Position numbers and translations under genes: made by a program. Shown piece after piece: positions 47,098 through 61,027 of a stretch of 64,000 nt of DNA (the first letter of the stretch is position 1; every line of letters starts with the position of its first letter). Below the pieces are notes generated by a model. That model was not told the origin of the DNA. It made no database searches and saw only the letters and a program-made list of their open reading frames with translations. The DNA is from Lepidodermella squamata (taxonomy: Eukaryota; Animalia; Gastrotricha): positions 3,968,001 through 4,032,000 of the forward strand of contig JBLDXI010000032.1 of the NCBI GenBank assembly GCA_047495785.1, given 5' to 3'.

Positions 47098-47695
47098 TTA
47101 TTTTAGCAGAATAACGACATGTAAAAACACCAAATGCGTTATAAACACTGTTTCAACTGTTTTAAATCGCGACAAAGCGCTGTTGAAGAATGACGGATAG
47201 TTGCAGTAGTCTGTCCTGTTACAACACACGATTTTACGGTAGTAACCGTAGACCGGAACTTTCAGCGGCGGTTTGGTTGCTTTACGGTTAGAGTCTGGGT
47301 ACAGCCAGTCGCAGGACTCGGAACAGCCCAGGTCAGTTTTCCAAATCGAATTAGCCCATGGCAGGGCGGCTGAGGCAATAGGCCGAACGCTTGTGGCTAC
47401 TGATGCAGCAGGTTGAGTGGTAGTGGTTGCTGATGTAGCTGGTTGAACGGTAGTAGAATTCGACGCTTGCCGTGCGTTTCTAACGATTAATTGTGCTATC
47501 TGGTTGGTGTATTGAATCTATTTAGAAAAATCTGAATTTGCTGGTCCAATTTCATGGCAAATCTTGGCGAACCCGGTAACAGTAATAAAACGTGTCGCAT
47601 TGCCCACCGTCCGTTGTTACACATCGCCTTGCAACGCCGTAAACAGACCTTGAAAACCATATCAGTATCAGCCCGGTTAAATTTACTACTAACAT
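47098..47695 (-). CDS. Ly6-like protein H with Thr/Ala-rich insert (2 exons)
   Basis: MLVVNLTGLILIWF..RCVTTDGGQCDTFYYCYR|..LGCSESCD..VCCNRTDYCN plus tail. Confidence 0.8.
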
Positions 47696-48131
47696 TTTTC
47701 CGGTGAAAATAACCCGAGTTTTTGGAAATTTCCGTACATTTTAACCGGCTGTTTTCTTAGCCGGTTAATTATTACAGGCATCACATTATTTTTTGTTATG
47801 AGATTGAGCGTTAAAAGTGCGATCACTTCCACTCGCTCTTTTGTCTAGAGTGTTTACCTGCAGAAAAAACGGCATTGAGAGAAAGAAGGAAAGTCCTTAT
47901 TCACACGCTTGTCTCGGTAAAAACACATCAGCGTAGTAGTAAATAACCGCAGCAGGCCCCATATTATTATGCACGTTGTGTTTGAAAAATCTGCTGCGTT
48001 GGAATAATAGATATTTGGCCGGGCCAGCCCAGGCAACACCTGGTGCGCTCATAAAGCATAACGAGTCGAGATTTCTCTATGTCTGCACGAGCGTGAAATT
48101 GATCAGACCTCGACAAAGTCGACTGTCTGAA

Positions 48132-48632
48132 ATGAAAATCCTCATCTTCACCCTGGTCCTACCGTTTTATAAGCACGTCTCATGCGACTCTCGAACAATT
48201 TCAGGTATTCTTTAATTCCTAGAATTTTAGTGAAATATCGATTTTTTTCCAGTGAAAGGAGCCGGCGATAGTTTTTGGAAATTGATTAAAGAACAGGCTG
48301 ACAATGTTACTGCTGAGATAGACACCGGAAATCTGACTCGTTCCGAGGCCGTTCTTGAATCGGATACAACACCCTTCTATTACCATTTCGCTCGCAGCGT
48401 TGATTATCATATCGTGGCATTTGTCGGAATTTTCGGCACTTGGCTAGTCATCTCTATCATTCTGATAATTCTTCTCTTCTATCACGCAAGTGGCTGGCGA
48501 ACTTACGGCAAATCAGCGGCGGCTGCTAGGGACAAACGGCACGCCTCGGCATCGAGTAATAACAACGACGCAAATGTGAAATATTACCTGGACGAAGATA
48601 AGCAGATGATCTCGGCTACGACATCAGTTTAG
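48132..48632 (+). CDS. Small single-pass type I membrane protein of unknown function (2 exons)
   Basis: Signal peptide MKILIFTLVL, intron ~48205-48252, TM IVAFVGIFGTWLVISIILIILLFY, C-terminal TTSV (PDZ-type motif). Confidence 0.7.
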
Positions 48633-48695
48633 CTTTTGTTTTAGTTTATTCCACCTCTTTCTTACTGTTTTATAGTCAATAATAAACAATTCGAT

Positions 48696-51650
48696 TCATT
48701 TTCTCCGCTTTGTTTTCCGAGTGCTAGGGCAGCATGATTTAGTCGCCGGGCCAAATTGGCTCAGCGCGATCGGGAGAACGATGCACATGTATGAAAAACC
48801 GGTCAAAACTGATAAGAGAAATGTTTTAAAAAACGCGCGAAGAATTGCGTTGCCTGATGTTGAAGTCGCTATGACGGCTAGGAACGTCCCAACTGCAGCT
48901 GGGCCTGTCTCGCTGATGACAAGAGCCATGAGACGACATGCCTTTTTCGTCCGAATTTCTGCTCCAGTTAAACGGCGCTTTGGGGAATGCTCTTCAACCT
49001 GAATTGTTGTAAACGTGTAGATGCAGTGGCAAATGTAATCGGCTGTTGCGCCGATAGCCATCATTATGTAGACGAGAACAAGTGGGTCAAGGCGGCAGCC
49101 CCATAAAAGCAAACCAGCCAGGGTGTGCGTGATAATTGCAAGTGATGCAAAAACCATCCAAAATAGGCAAATCGGATTTCTGAAAAAGTAATTAAATTAA
49201 ACGGGTCAACAGCATTCTGAATAACTAACGGGATCATGACCATAGACGTGACGACAGTGCTCGCTACGGTTATCAGGGCAAAGTAGACGAAGGTGTAGGG
49301 CAACTCTACGATTTGCGCATAAATCCTGAAGAATCGCAGCGCATCGCCCATGTAAATTTGCAAATCGGCCGATTCGTATGATTTTCTGAACGTTTCCAGC
49401 TTAGCGGATAAATCGGCGCCTCTTTCCATGTCCGCCATGTCTTTGATATGGAAATTTGTTACGAAAACAAGACGCTCGTTGTCTTCGCCGTCGGTGGTTA
49501 AAACAGGCCGTAATTTCTCATTTTTCACCCGATTCGCAACCAAGTCAATAGCAGTTTCTAGACTAACAGCCGGTACTACATCTTTCCCGTAATCACGAAT
49601 AGGCACATTGTTGAATCGATCGTCCCAGAAAAATGTCTTGTGTACTGTGACGCGTTCCGCAAGTTCAATGACTTTCCGGCGAATTTTTGTAAAATTTCTG
49701 CCGTATTGCTGCGTGGTCAGATTGAACATGACCTGTAAAACTTGGCCGTCCGAAAAATCGCTGAAGTACTTGTGATAATTTTTGACGAAATCATGCGCGT
49801 TCGATTTGTCGTGAGCAAGATCTTCCGGCCGAAATCCGCTTTGCAGTTGAGTTCCAATTACGACAGCCGATCCAATTAATAGAGAAATAACTACCAAGGC
49901 AACTATCGATCTTGAGAATGGATGCAGCATTATTGGAGCAACTTTTTGTTCAATAAATTTTTCAGCTGCGGTCTCAGAAACTTCCTCGGCTGATGTACTG
50001 TTCTCAATTTTGGGATTCCCATACGTGAAAAAAATATTCCAGAGCACCGAATGGTTTTCTAAATCTGGTCAAAATTATACAAATTATCTGCGAGAGATTT
50101 CTAATAAAATTACCTTCTTTCTTTCGCCGTGAAACTTTGAGGCAAATGAAAAACACGGAATGGCGCTCATTTTTCTCCCATGAATCGGAAAAAGCTAATG
50201 TAGCCATGAATACCGTCATCTGAAGCCAGAAATCGAACGCCAGCGTCCATAACGCAAAGTTGGAATAGTTTTGTATAGCTGGGTATGGCACCGCAGTGCC
50301 GATGCAAAAATCCAGGATCGTCATAACAAAGGTCACAAATATCGAAGTCCCTCCCTCTTGTAGGGTTATTTTCGTACGCTCCTCACGCGGCAAATTCACG
50401 CTTGTCCGATGCCAGTTACCCATTAATATGAACATGTCGTCAAGACCGATGGCTAACAAATATACGTAAAGCCCGATAATTCAGATTATTGACAGGTTTT
50501 TACCTAAAGCCATCAGTGGGACAGGAATTAGATAGGTGTAGAACATGTCGCCTATCCAAAATTGGGCCCCGAAGCCGGCCAAACAAGCCAGGCCTGTGCA
50601 GCTTATTCCAGCTATGGCACACCAAGGTTTCGAATTCAAAACATCGGTATGTATCGATCCGATCAAAACCCAAGCAATCACGCACAAGAAACTGACAGCG
50701 ATTTTGGGCAACTCGCGAAAAATGACAGCGAAAAACTCGTCGTACAACTGCATGTAAATTTGCCAATAAACTGATATTGACTTGTAGCGATCACTTGTCG
50801 ATTTCAGCTTGTTGCTAAGGGACTTCTCCCGAGACTTTACCTCCGGCGTATTGGGTAGCATGTATTGAAACATCATGGCTTTAACAGATTTAATTTTCGA
50901 ATTGTAGTTGTTGCTAGGATCTTCCCGAACTACTCCGCCAAGCAAATTTGTGAAAATTGTATCTGGAGGTGGAGCTTTATCTCTGTAAAAAATTGTTGGG
51001 ATCGCCATTGAGGGATAAGTAACCAGTTCGAAGAATGACAGAAGATTGCCCGTGCTTTCTAGCACTGATGATTTTTCGTCGCCGAAAATTTCGAAATGCA
51101 CTCGTTTGAGATCCCAAACGTCGCAGCACAGGCCATCATTACACCCGAGAGCCTCTCGAACTACGTCGTTCAGCTTCATAATATCGAAAAAGGATTGATT
51201 GTTGATCAAATCGGCTGAGCGCCCGGTTACGATGACTGATTCGATTCGCCACGTTTCCACCCCGTCTCGGCATGGATCGCCGATGTCGAATTTTGTTAAA
51301 TTTACATCTTGAAATAACGGGAAGCTTTTGATCGGATTACCGGTTCGCGACGTGTTCAAAAATTTATTCATCATCCTCGCATCGTCTTCGTACCTGCTCC
51401 CAGTTGAGAAAAATTGATCGACTAAGCCATCAGCATCTGTTGGGATTTTTATTCGGTATAAACCAGCTGCGGATACAAATGCAGTAACGAGGCCAGCGAT
51501 GAGAAAAATGATGGGATATTTCCCTAAAATGTAGCCATAGCAACCGAAAGCCCAGGCTACAACGTCGGGGAGAATTCGATAGGAAAGTTTAGGGAAATTG
51601 GGTAATCCAAAATTAGCCTTAGTTCCATCACCATCGCTCGCTGACGGCAT
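48696..51650 (-). CDS. Patched-domain (PTCHD3/Ptr-like) sterol-sensing RND protein, paralog 1
   Basis: IGLDDMFIL, EGGTSIFVT, AIGATADYICH; multi-TM pattern; three short introns. Confidence 0.88.
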
Positions 51651-51836
51651 TATTTAATCGTAAGAAATGAAGCGTGATGCCATGAAATGCTAAGCCTTTG
51701 TTACGCACATATTATTGAAACAATAGAAAGTCATAAAAAACTGCTGTTTACTTTCTTTTGTTGAATAGCATACAGGGCGTTAAACGCAGGTCTAGTTTTT
51801 TATTATATCACATCGAATTTAAAGTTTATCAAAAAT

Positions 51837-54800
51837 TTAAAGTTTCCTTGTCATCGACCGTTGATGGTGGTGGTGGTGGTGATGATGATGTTGCTGAGTT
51901 GTGTGTGAATGCTGGCTTTTAACGACCTCAACACTGCTTAGATCATCGCCTGGTTCAGACTCACAGCAGGTTTTGCTAACAGGTCCAAATTGGCATAAAA
52001 CAACGGGTAGAACCACGCACATGTAAGTAAATCCGGCCAGGATTGATAGGAAGAAAACTTTGAAGAACGACCGAAGAATCGCGTTGCCCGACGTTGATGT
52101 CGCGATGACAGACATAAATGTCCCGACTGCGGCGGGCCCGGTTTCCGTTACGACTAGAGCCAGGAGGCGGCACGATTTTTTATAACGAATTTCAGCCTGG
52201 GTCAGGCGCCGTTTCGTTTTCGGCGAATATTCTTCAACGTCTATTGTCGTAAATGTGTAAATACAATGGCAAATGTAGTCGGCGGTGGCGCCAATTGCCA
52301 TCATGATATAGACCAGGGACAAAGGGTCGAGACGAACGTCCCATAGCAGCATCCCAGCCATGGTGTTTACAATAATCCCAATCGAAGCCATGATCATCCA
52401 AAATAGGCAAACAGGGTTTCTAGAAACAAAAAGTAATGAATCAAAGCAACGCCAAAATCGGATTCAACTTACGGAATCATTATTACAGCAGTAATGGCTG
52501 TAGCTGCCAGGGTGATCAGGGTGAAGTAGATAAATACGAATGGTAATGAGACAATTTGCGCGTAGATTCGAAAAAATCGCAAAGCGTCGCCCATGTAAAT
52601 TTGAAGGTCAACCGGGTCTTCGAAAGCTTTGCGAAACGTTTCCAACTTTCTCGACAGCTCCGCGCCATTATTCATATTTGTCATTCCTCTAAGTTGGAAC
52701 GTTGCCAAGAAAACGAGTCGCTCATCACCGGCATCATCGATTATTAGTCTTGGCTTATAATTCACGTCCTTGACTTTGTCGGCGATGATCGAAATAGCCG
52801 TGTCGAGATCAGTCTTAGGACCAACATTATGGGCTAAATCTCGAATTGGTATCAAGTTCAGCCTGCTATCCCAGAAATAATGCTTATGCACGAGTATTTG
52901 ATCGGTGAGTAAAACGACGCGTTCGTAAATGTGATCGAATTTGCGTTCGAAAGGCTCCGTCGTCATGTTGAACATGACCTGCAGTTTTTGGCCCTCGGTA
53001 AATTCGGCGAAATCTCGCTGGAAATATTTGACAAAGCCATGCGCGTTGGATCGATCATTCGCAAAATCTTCCGGTCTAAATCCGATCTGTAGCTGGGTTC
53101 CAATGACAACGCCAGAGCCGGCTAAAAGTCCTATGGTTACGATGGCGATGATTGCCCGAGATATAGGGTGAAACATGACTGGCGCAATCTTTTCCTCGAT
53201 GTATTTCTCAGCAGGAGGTATTTCAACCTCATCCAAGATTTCACTTGAAATAATTTGCCGAGAAGAGCTCGATGAAGTTTCCTCGCTGATGACGGCCAAC
53301 TGGGGATGATGAGGAATTTCCGAACTGGTTTTTGCGACTGGGTTACCATATGTATTGAAGATTATCCAGCAAAGTGATCGCTTTCTCAATTGCTTCCGGG
53401 TCCTTTTTGTTACAATCTGACAAGGCAGAATAGAGTGCTTTTTATTCTTCTCCCAGCTATCAGACAGGGAAAGCGCGGCCATGAAGACCGTCATTTGAAG
53501 GAAGAAGTCGAAAGACAGCGTCCAAAGAGCGAAATTTGAGTAGTGCTGAATTGCCGGGTAAGGAATCGCCGTGCCGATACAAAAGTCCAAAATTGTCATC
53601 ATTACAGTGACGAAAATCGAAGTTCCACCCTCTTGAAGGGCGATTTTCGTCCTTTCCTCTCTAGGCAGCTTCACGCTAGTTCTGTGCCAAGTTCCCATCA
53701 AAATGAACATATCATCCAGCCCGATGGCTAACGAAATTTCATTGATTTTTAGATCTTATGAAATTTGAACATCGCTTACCTAAAGCCATGAGAGGGACAG
53801 GTACTAAATAGGTGTAGAATTCATCCCCAATCCAAAACTGAGCTCCAAAACCGGCTAAGCAGGCCAATCCAGTACTGCTGATACCAACCATGGCACACCA
53901 CGGTTTCGAGTTCAAAGCATCGGTATGTAACGCTCCGATCCAGACCCAAGCAATAACACAGAGGAAAGTTACAGCAATTTTAGGAACTTCGCGAAAAATG
54001 ATCGCGAAAAACTCGTCGTAGAGTTGCATGTAAATTTGGTAGTAGGCCCCAATCGCTTTGTACTTACTCTCGGCAGCATCCATGACTCGTGACATCCGCT
54101 TCTCGGCCTTTCTAGTATCAGCCGTATCAGGCATCATGTATTGAAACATCATCGACTTGACAGATTGTATCTTTGCATTGTACAAATTATTGCCATCGGT
54201 TGTTTTTACTCCGCCTAATAAGTTGGTCAGGACAGTTGGAGGCGGGGGCGTTTTGCCTTTTTTAACCAAAGCAGCAGGTATAGAGGTTGCAGGAAACGTC
54301 GCGAATTGGAAAAATGAAATCAAAGCACTACTGCTCTGAGCAATTGGAATGTCATCTGCTCCGAAAATTTCGAACTGAATGCGCCGTAGGTCCCAAACAT
54401 CGCAACAAAAGCCGTCATCACAGCCCAGGGCAGTTCGAACAGCGTCATTCAGGGATAAAATGTCGCTGAATGACTGATTGTTCAAAATATCGATGCCACT
54501 TTTGCTGGTAACGATAACCGACTCGATTCGCCAGGTTTCAACGCCGTCACGGCACGGGTTGTCCGCGTCAAACTGGGTCAAATTGATGTCTTGAAATAAC
54601 GGGAAGCTTTTTATCGGATTTCCAGTCCGGCTCGTATTTGTGAACCTGTTAATCATTATCGCATCGTCCTCATAACGACTTCCCGTCGAGAAAAATTGGT
54701 CGACTAAAGCGTCGGCATCTGTCGGAATTTTGATGCGATGAAGACCAGCAGCAGCGACGAAGGAAATGACTAGGCCAGTTGATAGGAAAACAACCGGATA

Positions 54801-54953
54801 CTTGCCAAGGACGTAGCCGTAACATCCGAAACACCAGGCTACGATTTCAGGCAGAATGCGATATGACAGTTTCGGAAATTTCGGCAGGCCGTAGTTTGCT
54901 GTCAAAGGTTTGCTGGTGGCGCCATGGGTTGGCTCTTCAGATTGCGCTGACAT
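51837..54953 (-). CDS. Patched-domain protein, paralog 2 (poly-His tail)
   Basis: Same motifs; clearly paralogous to 48696-51650. Confidence 0.88.
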
Positions 54954-55654
54954 GCTTTTATGTAGAGCACGGTGAATTAAAGTTTTTATTCAGTAGCGCT
55001 CCAGTAAGCGTTTGTGCTTTAAAGTGAACACATAACTACAAAGGAAAAAGGGACCAAATAAACGTGATGAAAATTCTCGAAGCTTCTCATGGATTAAATC
55101 TCAAAATAAGCTTCAGGAAAGAGGTCAACTTTTTCAATCGAATAGAAAATAAAGGGGAAATAGATAGGAATTTAAAAAAAGTCTTACGCTGGACCTCAAA
55201 TGCCTAACAGGTAACTCCTTGAACAGGTTTTATTCTATTAACAACTACTTGGTCTCGCACTGAAATGATTAAAAAAATTAGTGGACAATCGAGGGAACAG
55301 CGCGTAACATTATTTTCTCATGTCAAAAAACAGAACAATTCTGGCTGGAATGAAAGGTGCGCGCAGTTATGTGCAAACTTTTTGTCCAAGACGCCGACAC
55401 TCAGGCAAAAAGTTTTTCAGCAAAAAGCATGTGCATGAAACGAGAAAAAATCTGTGCTTACGTTACAGCGGTAGCAAAAGACATTACTGAGAAAAAACAA
55501 AACAAAACAAACAAGTGTGTTTGTACGTATGTGAACCATTAAACCAGGAAGCGGACAATGAATAATCTACCTATTTTTTGGCTGGCATATATGCCTGACC
55601 TGAATTTGCAAAAATTACAAAACTATTGTCCCAAAGAAAAAAGGGTCTGTATAG

Positions 55655-56135
55655 TCGCACTTGAATAACTACGCGCCTTTATCTATTCGTACCTAAAAGG
55701 GGTTCCAACGGCGGATAATTTAAAATTTGTTTGCTCACATGAGTCTACGGTTGAAACCGCGAGTATAAGGCTCATACTTCACCAGGTTGGAAAAAGCGAT
55801 TCAAGTATAAGCTCCGGCGGAATCTCGCGCGAGTGTCTCACATTTGATCCCGCAGTCTTCCCCCAAGCGCCCCGCGCCAATGCGGGAAGATGGTGTATAT
55901 TTAGATGATGAAGTAAAATTTCAGGAAGGTTAGGAAGCTGAAGATCAAGCTCAAAGATTAGCTTGATTCACAGCAAATAAGCATGATAAGGCTAGATCGT
56001 TTATTCCAAGCATGTGAAGTATGGGCCTTCTGAGTTTCAACCGTAGACTATTTTTAGCAAATGAGTTTCAGTTATCCGAAGCTGGAACCCCTTCTAAGCG
56101 CGAAACGTCGAAAACGCGTACTTGTTCAAGCACGA
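55655..56135. mobile_element. Degenerate ~480-bp foldback/MITE with long imperfect inverted arms
   Basis: AGTCTACGGTTGAAAC (55742) / GTTTCAACCGTAGACT (56034); AAGGCTCATACTTCAC / GTGAAGTATGGGCCTT; AAGGGGTTCCA / TGGAACCCCTT, nested in order. Confidence 0.75.
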
Positions 56136-56291
56136 AGATCCACTCCGGAAAAATACGTTTCAGGATTGTATCTCAGGGTTTTTAATTTTAATTTCGGAAT
56201 TACATAAGATCAGAATATCAGAATGTTAGAAACTTGATCGAATCGACCACCAAGTACTCTCTAACAAATAGGTTTCGGCCTAAAGTTAAAG

Positions 56292-56540
56292 CTATGAAAA
56301 ACTGCAAGCTTTACTTGATTGTCGGAAGTAAATCTTAGGATTAAAATTTTCAGAAAAAACTACGCCATTAGGTATAAATTTCAATGATTGGTCGCTGTAA
56401 GATGAAATAATGAAGTGATAGCTGTTTCCTGTGCTTTTAAAGAGTAATTTGCTGACCGCTACTCGAGAAAGTAGACTGGCAGCAGCTATTCGGCAGAACG
56501 ATACCAGGCAGAATAGTGAAGTTGAAACGATTTTCGACAT
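56292..56540 (-). CDS. Possible small secreted peptide
   Basis: Hydrophobic N-terminus and an upstream GTCACATGAC E-box; no other support. Confidence 0.2.
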   Translation of the reverse strand: MSKIVSTSLFCLVSFCRIAAASLLSRVAVSKLLFKSTGNSYHFIISSYSDQSLKFIPNGVVFSENFNPKIYFRQSSKACSFS

Positions 56541-56798
56541 TTCGGTTAGAAAGCATTAGCAATCACTCAAAATTCTGCATCGAACGGCTGTCAGCAACTA
56601 CGTCACATGACTGTCGGCTGTACTTGGAACAATTTGTGGGTGTTTGCATGACAGAAAAATTACACTAAACTACGACAGCTTTAGTATTTTAAGAAGGAAA
56701 AAAGTCCTTTCACTGCTATATCGTAGCCTCAAAAAAAACCGACTTGATTCTGATATGCACGTGAATAAAGCTAAAAGCGTGAACAAAGAGCGTTAGCA

Positions 56799-58797
56799 TT
56801 ACAACGGAGCATCACTAGGGCACACGTTTTCGTCCATTATAGCTAGTGGCAGAAACAGCAACAATGGCAGACTTGTTGCCAACCCGGCGTATATCACGAA
56901 TACTAAACAGTCGAAGCGCGTCAACAACTCTTCCCACAGGCGATTATTCCGCATTCGCCGCGCTTTACGCCGCTCTTTCGCCGTGTGTGCCGAGTTGCTT
57001 TGGATGGCAGACAGCGGCGAGTGCAGTTCGCTCTTACTTGTCGCAGGGCGAATACTGCCGTGTTTGACCACCTTTATCGGCTTGAACGTCTCCCTTTTCG
57101 ACTTGTTTATACAGGTCTTTTTCAGACATGATTTGCATATTTTACGACACGATTCCAATGTTCGAGTCTTGCGATTGAACCGCCATAATTCGGTCGATGG
57201 AGGGTTCCATAGCAACGGAATTAATCGCAACACGGTAACGGCTGTTTTAGGCGGTTTATCGGTTCTTTTAAGGAGGCCCTCGACAATGACTGATTGAAAA
57301 ATGCTGGCTGCTGACATCAAGATCAGCGTGATTATGTAGTCGGATAGAGCTGAAATCGCCTCGCTTGATTTCGGCAACTGGCGACTGATGATGGTTTGGA
57401 AAACGACCAGGGTGAGTACATTAACAGTCCCATAGCCAATGCGATCTGATAGTGTTCTAAGAAATAAAGGAATTGAAAAAATCGAAAAAATCGATAAATT
57501 GTTCGGAGTTACTTTTCTGCTGGGATGAGGAAAACGACCAGTTGAGTGACTGATAATGTAGCGCACTGTAAGGACAGGATGTAAGGTAAGAACGGATTTT
57601 TTTATTTTTCCAAACCGGAAAAATGAGATTGACGATGTAGAATGTGGTTTTTCTCCGGACGACAATGTTGAATCGAACTCGAGAGAATGTGTCGATCGAG
57701 TTTGTGAAATTATACGTATAGTTGAAAATATGTGAACTTCTGTGGCAGATTTGCCATTGGGGAGATACAATGTTCATATCGATAAGCGCCTCTGAATTTT
57801 CGTTGAATAGCAAAATTGAAGAGTCCATTGACCAAGATTCGAATTCGAAATGGCACTGAAATAAGGCGGATGCAATACTTTTCCTTTAGATAAGTGGTCA
57901 TTACTGTTTGAATGTCAAACGGGAACGTGACAAGTCTCAAATTGCACCAAGTTCTTGCTGTTCCAGACGGCACAAACTGAATGGAAAAATTACGAAAATT
58001 ATTTTATAATTTGCGAGTTTGATTACCTTGATTATTCCATCATGACAAACACGAACTAAAAATCGCTGGTCTTTAGTAATAACGTACTGATTATCGACGC
58101 TGTTAATCATCTACCAAGTAAAGAAACCGACTATTCTTACTCTGAAATGGTATTAAGGTATTAGCTCACCCCAATGTCAGGCATCCATACCTGTTCACGA
58201 AAATGATGAATTAATTGAATAATTTAAAATTAATAAATTAAAAGAGCAAATTTGCTGACTTTGCTAGGGTGAAAGGTTACAGATGAGATGTTGTTGAACT
58301 TGGAAGGTTCCCAGAAAATTCGCTTATTCCGCCATTCCTAATTCGGAAATTCGGAGGTGAAAATTGAAAATGGGAAAATTAACATTATTTTTACCATGAA
58401 AAGCGCAATAACAGATTCAAAGATGCCATCCTTCTCGACGGTATTCTTCACTTTGATCAGCAAAAGGTCCAATCTGACAACAGTTGGTCGCTCAGGAGCG
58501 GCCTTAACATGTGATTGCGATTCATGCTATAAAAGTTATGAGATCAGAAAAATCTCTAATAATACCTCTTTCGACTGATTCTTCAAGATATCATGCAACA
58601 ACTGATTTGGCGTTATTTGCTCGTGATCGTGATCTGTCCATTTTGATGAAAGAATGTATCCCATATAATGGTGCCGTTGTTGATAGCTCACCTTCTGGCT
58701 CATCCGAGACAACTTTTTTGATTCCGGCAATTTTCACGCCACCGCCATCAGCTGTTACAAAAGCTAGCGTCAACTGTAGAAAAAGGAATCGGTACAT
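56799..58797 (-). CDS. Cys-loop ligand-gated ion channel subunit (nAChR-like, non-alpha), paralog 1
   Basis: CNLRLVTFPFDIQT|C loop, RRKTTFYIVNLIFP|C, M2 SDRIGYGTVNVLTLVVF, M4 WEELLTRFD. Confidence 0.9.
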
Positions 58798-58917
58798 GGT
58801 ACATGTGAGGGCTATTTTTGAAAAAGATGGTGGACTTTTTCAGTGCCTTCATCAGCCAATTTGTTCCCAAGAGAATAAACTGTCATTTTTATCAATTCAT
58901 TTTATTCAGTATTTTCC

Positions 58918-60945
58918 CTATATTTTTACAGGGCAAAGCTCTTCGTCTATCATAATTATAGGCAGGAACAAAGCTAGCGGAATAGCAACAGCTAAAATCA
59001 GGCTGAAAATGAACGCAAGACAGTCGAATCGCGTCATCAAATCCTCCCATATTCTGTTATTGCGATACCTCACCGTTTTCGCGAGCTCACGTTGAGTTGT
59101 ATTGAAACTAGACCTTGATCGTCGATGAAACTTCGCAGGTGATTTGGATGCTACCTTATTGCCATGCGGTAGGATAGACGATAACGATTCGAAAGTTTCG
59201 TTTTGCGAAATCGGCCGGAAACTTCCGCTCTTGATTCTGATCCGTGCGATATTATCAATGCCCTGAATAATCGGTTCGATTTTTGACGATTTTCGACGTC
59301 CTTTTTGGCTCTTCCTCAATTTATCCAAGTTTCTAATAGATTCTGATAACTCCAATTTAGCCTTATTTTGGCTTGGGGTCGGCGGATCCCATAAAAGAGG
59401 CATTTTACTCAGCACCGTTATAAGCCATTTAGGTGGAGAATCGTCCTGACGCCGGTGCGATTCTGCGACAAGCACTGACTGAAGAATTGCGACGGCAGAC
59501 ATTAAAATTAATGAAATTATGTAATCGGAAAGAGCTGATATCGCATCACTCGACTTGGGTAGTTGCCGGCTGATAATTGTCTGAAATACGACCAAGGTGA
59601 GGACGTTAACAGTCCCATAACCGACTCGATCGGAGCCAGACCTGAGATCGAATCTATAATTAAGGTTTAATGTTGAAAAATTCTCACTTTTTCGACGGGA
59701 TAGTGAATACCAGCAACTGAGTCAACGAAAGAGTTGCGCACTTTTTAGAGAAAAATTAAGGAGGTCTCACGCTTTATATTGAATTTACCGGAAAAATCAA
59801 GTTGACAATGTAGAAGGTGCTTTTCCGACGGACGACAATGTCGAAGCGTAATCGCGAAAATGTATCGCGAGTATCAGCAAACGAGTACGTGTAGTTGTAG
59901 ACTAAAGCGCTACGGTGGCACAGAGACCACTGCGGCGAGGTGAAGGAGCCGTCGATTATAGCTTGCGAATTAGGGTCGAAATTGAAAATTTCAGCATCCA
60001 TCGACCAGGATTCGAACTCGAAATGGCACGTTTGAATGTCGAATGGGAATGTCACCAGCCTGAGGTTGCACCAAGTTCGCGCAGTTCCAGTTGGCACAAA
60101 CTTCGGCACAAAAATTAAAATTCTCGAAGACGGAATCTGAGAATTCTTACTTTCACGATGCCATTGTGCGATAGTCGTGCTAAAAACGTTTGATCTTTCG
60201 TGATGGCGTATTGATTTTCCGCACTGTTGATCAACCCGATATCAGGCAACCACAGCTGGACATTAAATAAATTAGGATGGAATGACACAGGATCGGATTG
60301 ATGCTACCTTTGATGGATGAAACTGTAACGATGTAATATTGCTGAATCTTTCTGGATCCCAAATGAGTCTCCTATCCGTCCAAAACTACGGTAACAATGA
60401 CTTAACTTAGAGGATAGACTGATTCATCAAATTACCATAAATAAAGCTATTACAGACTCGAAAATGCCTTCTTTTTCGACTGTATTTCGCACCTTCATCA
60501 GCAACAAATCGACCTTGACTGTCATTGGCCTCTCGGGCATAACCTGTACATTTCAATGCTGTAGAAACTGCGGGATGATTTCCTATAGTTATACTTCTTT
60601 AGGATGGCTGTCGAGGATTTGATGCAGTAATCTGTTGGACTTGTCGTCATTGTAGCCAGCCTTCCTACGAATTTCCCCGGGTCTAACGATTTTCTTTGTC
60701 TGCAAGTCGAAAACATAATCGACATCGCCAACGTCGTAGTTGCTCGCTATCTGATTTTTCACGATTTCTTTGTTTAAATAATCTGAAATTTCTGCTGGAG
60801 AAAATTGGAGTTTAATTCAGTCAAGTTTATTACCTTCTCTCGCAGGGGTGTGTAATGTATTTTCGAAAACTGACGGCTTCAACAGCGAGCAATAAAAATG
60901 TTTTAGAAAAAATTGAAAAATCAGAAATATTTCCAGAAAGTCCAT
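58918..60945 (-). CDS. Cys-loop channel subunit, paralog 2
   Basis: WLPDIG, CNLRLVTFPFDIQTC, FESWSMD, M2 SDRVGYGTVNVLTLVVF. Confidence 0.9.
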
Positions 60946-61027
60946 TTTTGTTTATTTTGTTTGGAATAAAAATTATATTAATTATTAATTATATTTTAGC
61001 TGTTTTTGTTTACTTGTTTTCATGGCA

